DNA of 64,000 bases from Octopus vulgaris (taxonomy: Eukaryota): assembly GCA_951406725.2 (NCBI GenBank), contig OX597836.1, forward strand, positions 26,970,001 through 27,034,000, written 5' to 3'. A program made the translations under genes and the position numbers. The notes under the pieces are model-generated. The model was given only the letters and a program-made list of their open reading frames with translations. It did not search any database and was not told where the DNA came from. Below, piece by piece: positions 62,027 to 64,000 of the stretch (its first letter is position 1; every line of letters starts with the position of its first letter).

Positions 62027-63193
62027 GTAAGGAAAATCAGATTTTCTTTGTTGTATAAATTGGTAAAAGCAAGCAAAATCTCCCATTACACTCAATGATG
62101 AGTATCTTAGTTATTTGAGCAATGGAACTGCCTACTCACTGTACTATAGTAACCGAGTATTCCACACACCCTTGTATGCTTAATGCAATCCCCTCCTCCC
62201 AAATATTGTGTGTGAAATGGTTGGCCCTTTAGTTGCAAGTAAAACCTGTCTTGTATTGGTATAATTATACTATAACCAGTTTTGTATAGTAACACTGTTG
62301 AAGGTGGCAAGCTGGCAGAAACGTTAGCACGCTGGGTGGAATGCTTTGTGGTATTTCGTCTGCCGCTACGTTCTGAGTTCAAATTCTGCCGAGGTCGACT
62401 TTGATTTTCATCCTTTCGAAAGGATGAAAGGCAAAGTCGGAATTTGAACTCAGAGTGTAGCGGTAGATGAAATACCTCAAAGCATTTCGCCTGGCGTGCT
62501 AACATTTCTGCCAGCTGACCAGCTACATGTCAAACCGTCCAACCCATGCCAGCATGGAAAACAACGTATGTTAAATGGTGATGATGATGATGATGAACAC
62601 CCGCCCTGATACTTTTTGACCAGACCTCGTATGCCGCCAGTTGAAGGACTTCCATACATTTTCTATCCACTCAATTCTATTCTGAAAGATTAGCATGACC
62701 TACATTTAGTCTGGCAAGGTGGGAACAAGAGGACATTGAATGTGTTGCCTTGTGGTATTAGCTCCAATTTTTTTTTTTTTGTGGTCTGAGTTCAACTCCT
62801 GCTGTGGCCTACCTGGCTGGTAGACTTGATTTGCCACCCAGGTTACCCCCCTCCCCCACCATCACCACCTGATACTCTAAGGATACTTTTGAGTGAAATC
62901 CACCCTGTTGCAAGCATTTGTGTCAGGACTCCAGTTTGAAGATACTCTTCTCCCTCTTTGCTCCTCCGCCGCCCCCATGCCCCCACCGTCCTTATAAGTG
63001 TCATGGCTACCTTGTCTCCTTCCTGATTAAACAACAAAACCAAATGTTTCCTCTCTGGTAACAGAACTGTCCCCCCCTCTGCCCCCCACTCGGTGGTGGT
63101 GGTGGTGGTGGTGTTGAGACTCTGATAGTGGCTAGAAATAGCAGGGATTACTTGTCTGACCAATGTATACTGATGCATATTTCTTTCTTCTAG

Positions 63194-63304
63194 AATGCTC
63201 CAGAATGGAGTCATCAATGAAGCTTGTAGGATGGAACATCCTTCCTGTTTATCAAAAGCCAATCATCTATTCAAAAGATGGAAGACACATCCTAAAGAAA
63301 ACAA
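63194..63304 (+). CDS. M1 aminopeptidase exon 17 (gene continues beyond the window)
   Basis: ttctag| MLQNGVINEACRMEHPSCLSKANHLFKRWKTHPKEN AA|gtgagt, 111 nt, with the conserved AC......C...A...F..W pattern. Confidence 0.92.
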
Positions 63305-63307
63305 GTG

Positions 63308-63356
<49 letters not shown>

Positions 63357-63734
63357 TATTATTATTGTCATTATCATTATTTATTATTATCATCATCATT
63401 GTCATCATTATCATCATCATTATCATTTAGGCGGTGAGCTGGCAGAATCGTTAGCACGCCGGGCAAAATGCTTAACAGTATTTCATCTGTTGCTACGTTC
63501 TGAGTTCAAATTCCGCCAAGGTCAACTTTGCCTTTCACCCTTTCGGGGTCAATAACTTAAGTACCAGTTGAATCTTGGGGGGGGGGGTCAATGCAATCAA
63601 TTTACCCCACTCTCCTGAAATTACTTTATATTATTTTCCATCTTACTATTAGTTTTGTTTTCATTTTGAAAAGTCAAAATATATTTTGTGGTTTATTATT
63701 GTTTAGTGCACCTGTGCTGGTGACACATAAAGAA

Positions 63735-64000
63735 CACCTTTGGAGGCTTCATGGAGGCAAAATGGTTGAGTTCTTTTTGAGTGTTGGGCCTCATGGAGGC
63801 AATGACTGTGACCTTTGGAATTATGTTGGCCTCACGGAGGCAAAGTGACTGAGTTCCTTTTGAGCACAGGGTGTCATGGAGGCAAAGTGGCTGAGTTCTT
63901 TTGAGTGTTGGGCCTCACAAAAACAATGACTGTGACCTTCAGAATTATGTTGGCCTCACAGAGGCAAAGTAGCTGAGTTCCAGCAAGCACTGGGCCTCAT
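63735..64000 (+). repeat. ~40-bp tandem repeat related to the RTE ORF end
   Basis: Units gttgggcctca(t/c)ggaggcaaagtgactgagttccttttgagt resemble 52291-52330 tgttgggcctcacagaggcaatgac. Confidence 0.7.

Overview
Repeat-dense, AT-rich animal genomic DNA. The tRNA-derived SINE families and microsatellite load look like a coleoid cephalopod (Octopus-like); this is an inference. I can reconstruct two host genes. (1) A + strand type II membrane M1 (aminopeptidase N-like) metallopeptidase gene with 17 GT-AG exons from 12502 to 63304. All splice phases are compatible, giving 2204 nt (about 734 codons), and the gene continues past the window. It keeps HEXXH-X18-E, but has AGMEN for GAMEN, an ~18-aa insertion before HEXXH, a shortened exon 8, and Asn where the catalytic Tyr should be. 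(2) A two-exon SPO16/C1orf146-like meiotic XPF/ERCC1-fold gene (241 aa, with a C-terminal HhH2-like tail) nested antisense in intron 2 of the peptidase. The rest is layered transposon debris: Helitron helicase and non-autonomous Helitrons, a Buster/ZBED-type hAT, piggyBac, MULE, Tc1/mariner, Merlin-like MITEs, Penelope-like elements (one Naiad-like) with several hammerhead ribozyme motifs, CR1-type and RTE LINEs, three SINE families, and minisatellites that derive from retroelement ends. Most ORFs in the supplied track are artefacts of SINEs or microsatellites. All family assignments come from motif recognition by eye, not database searches.
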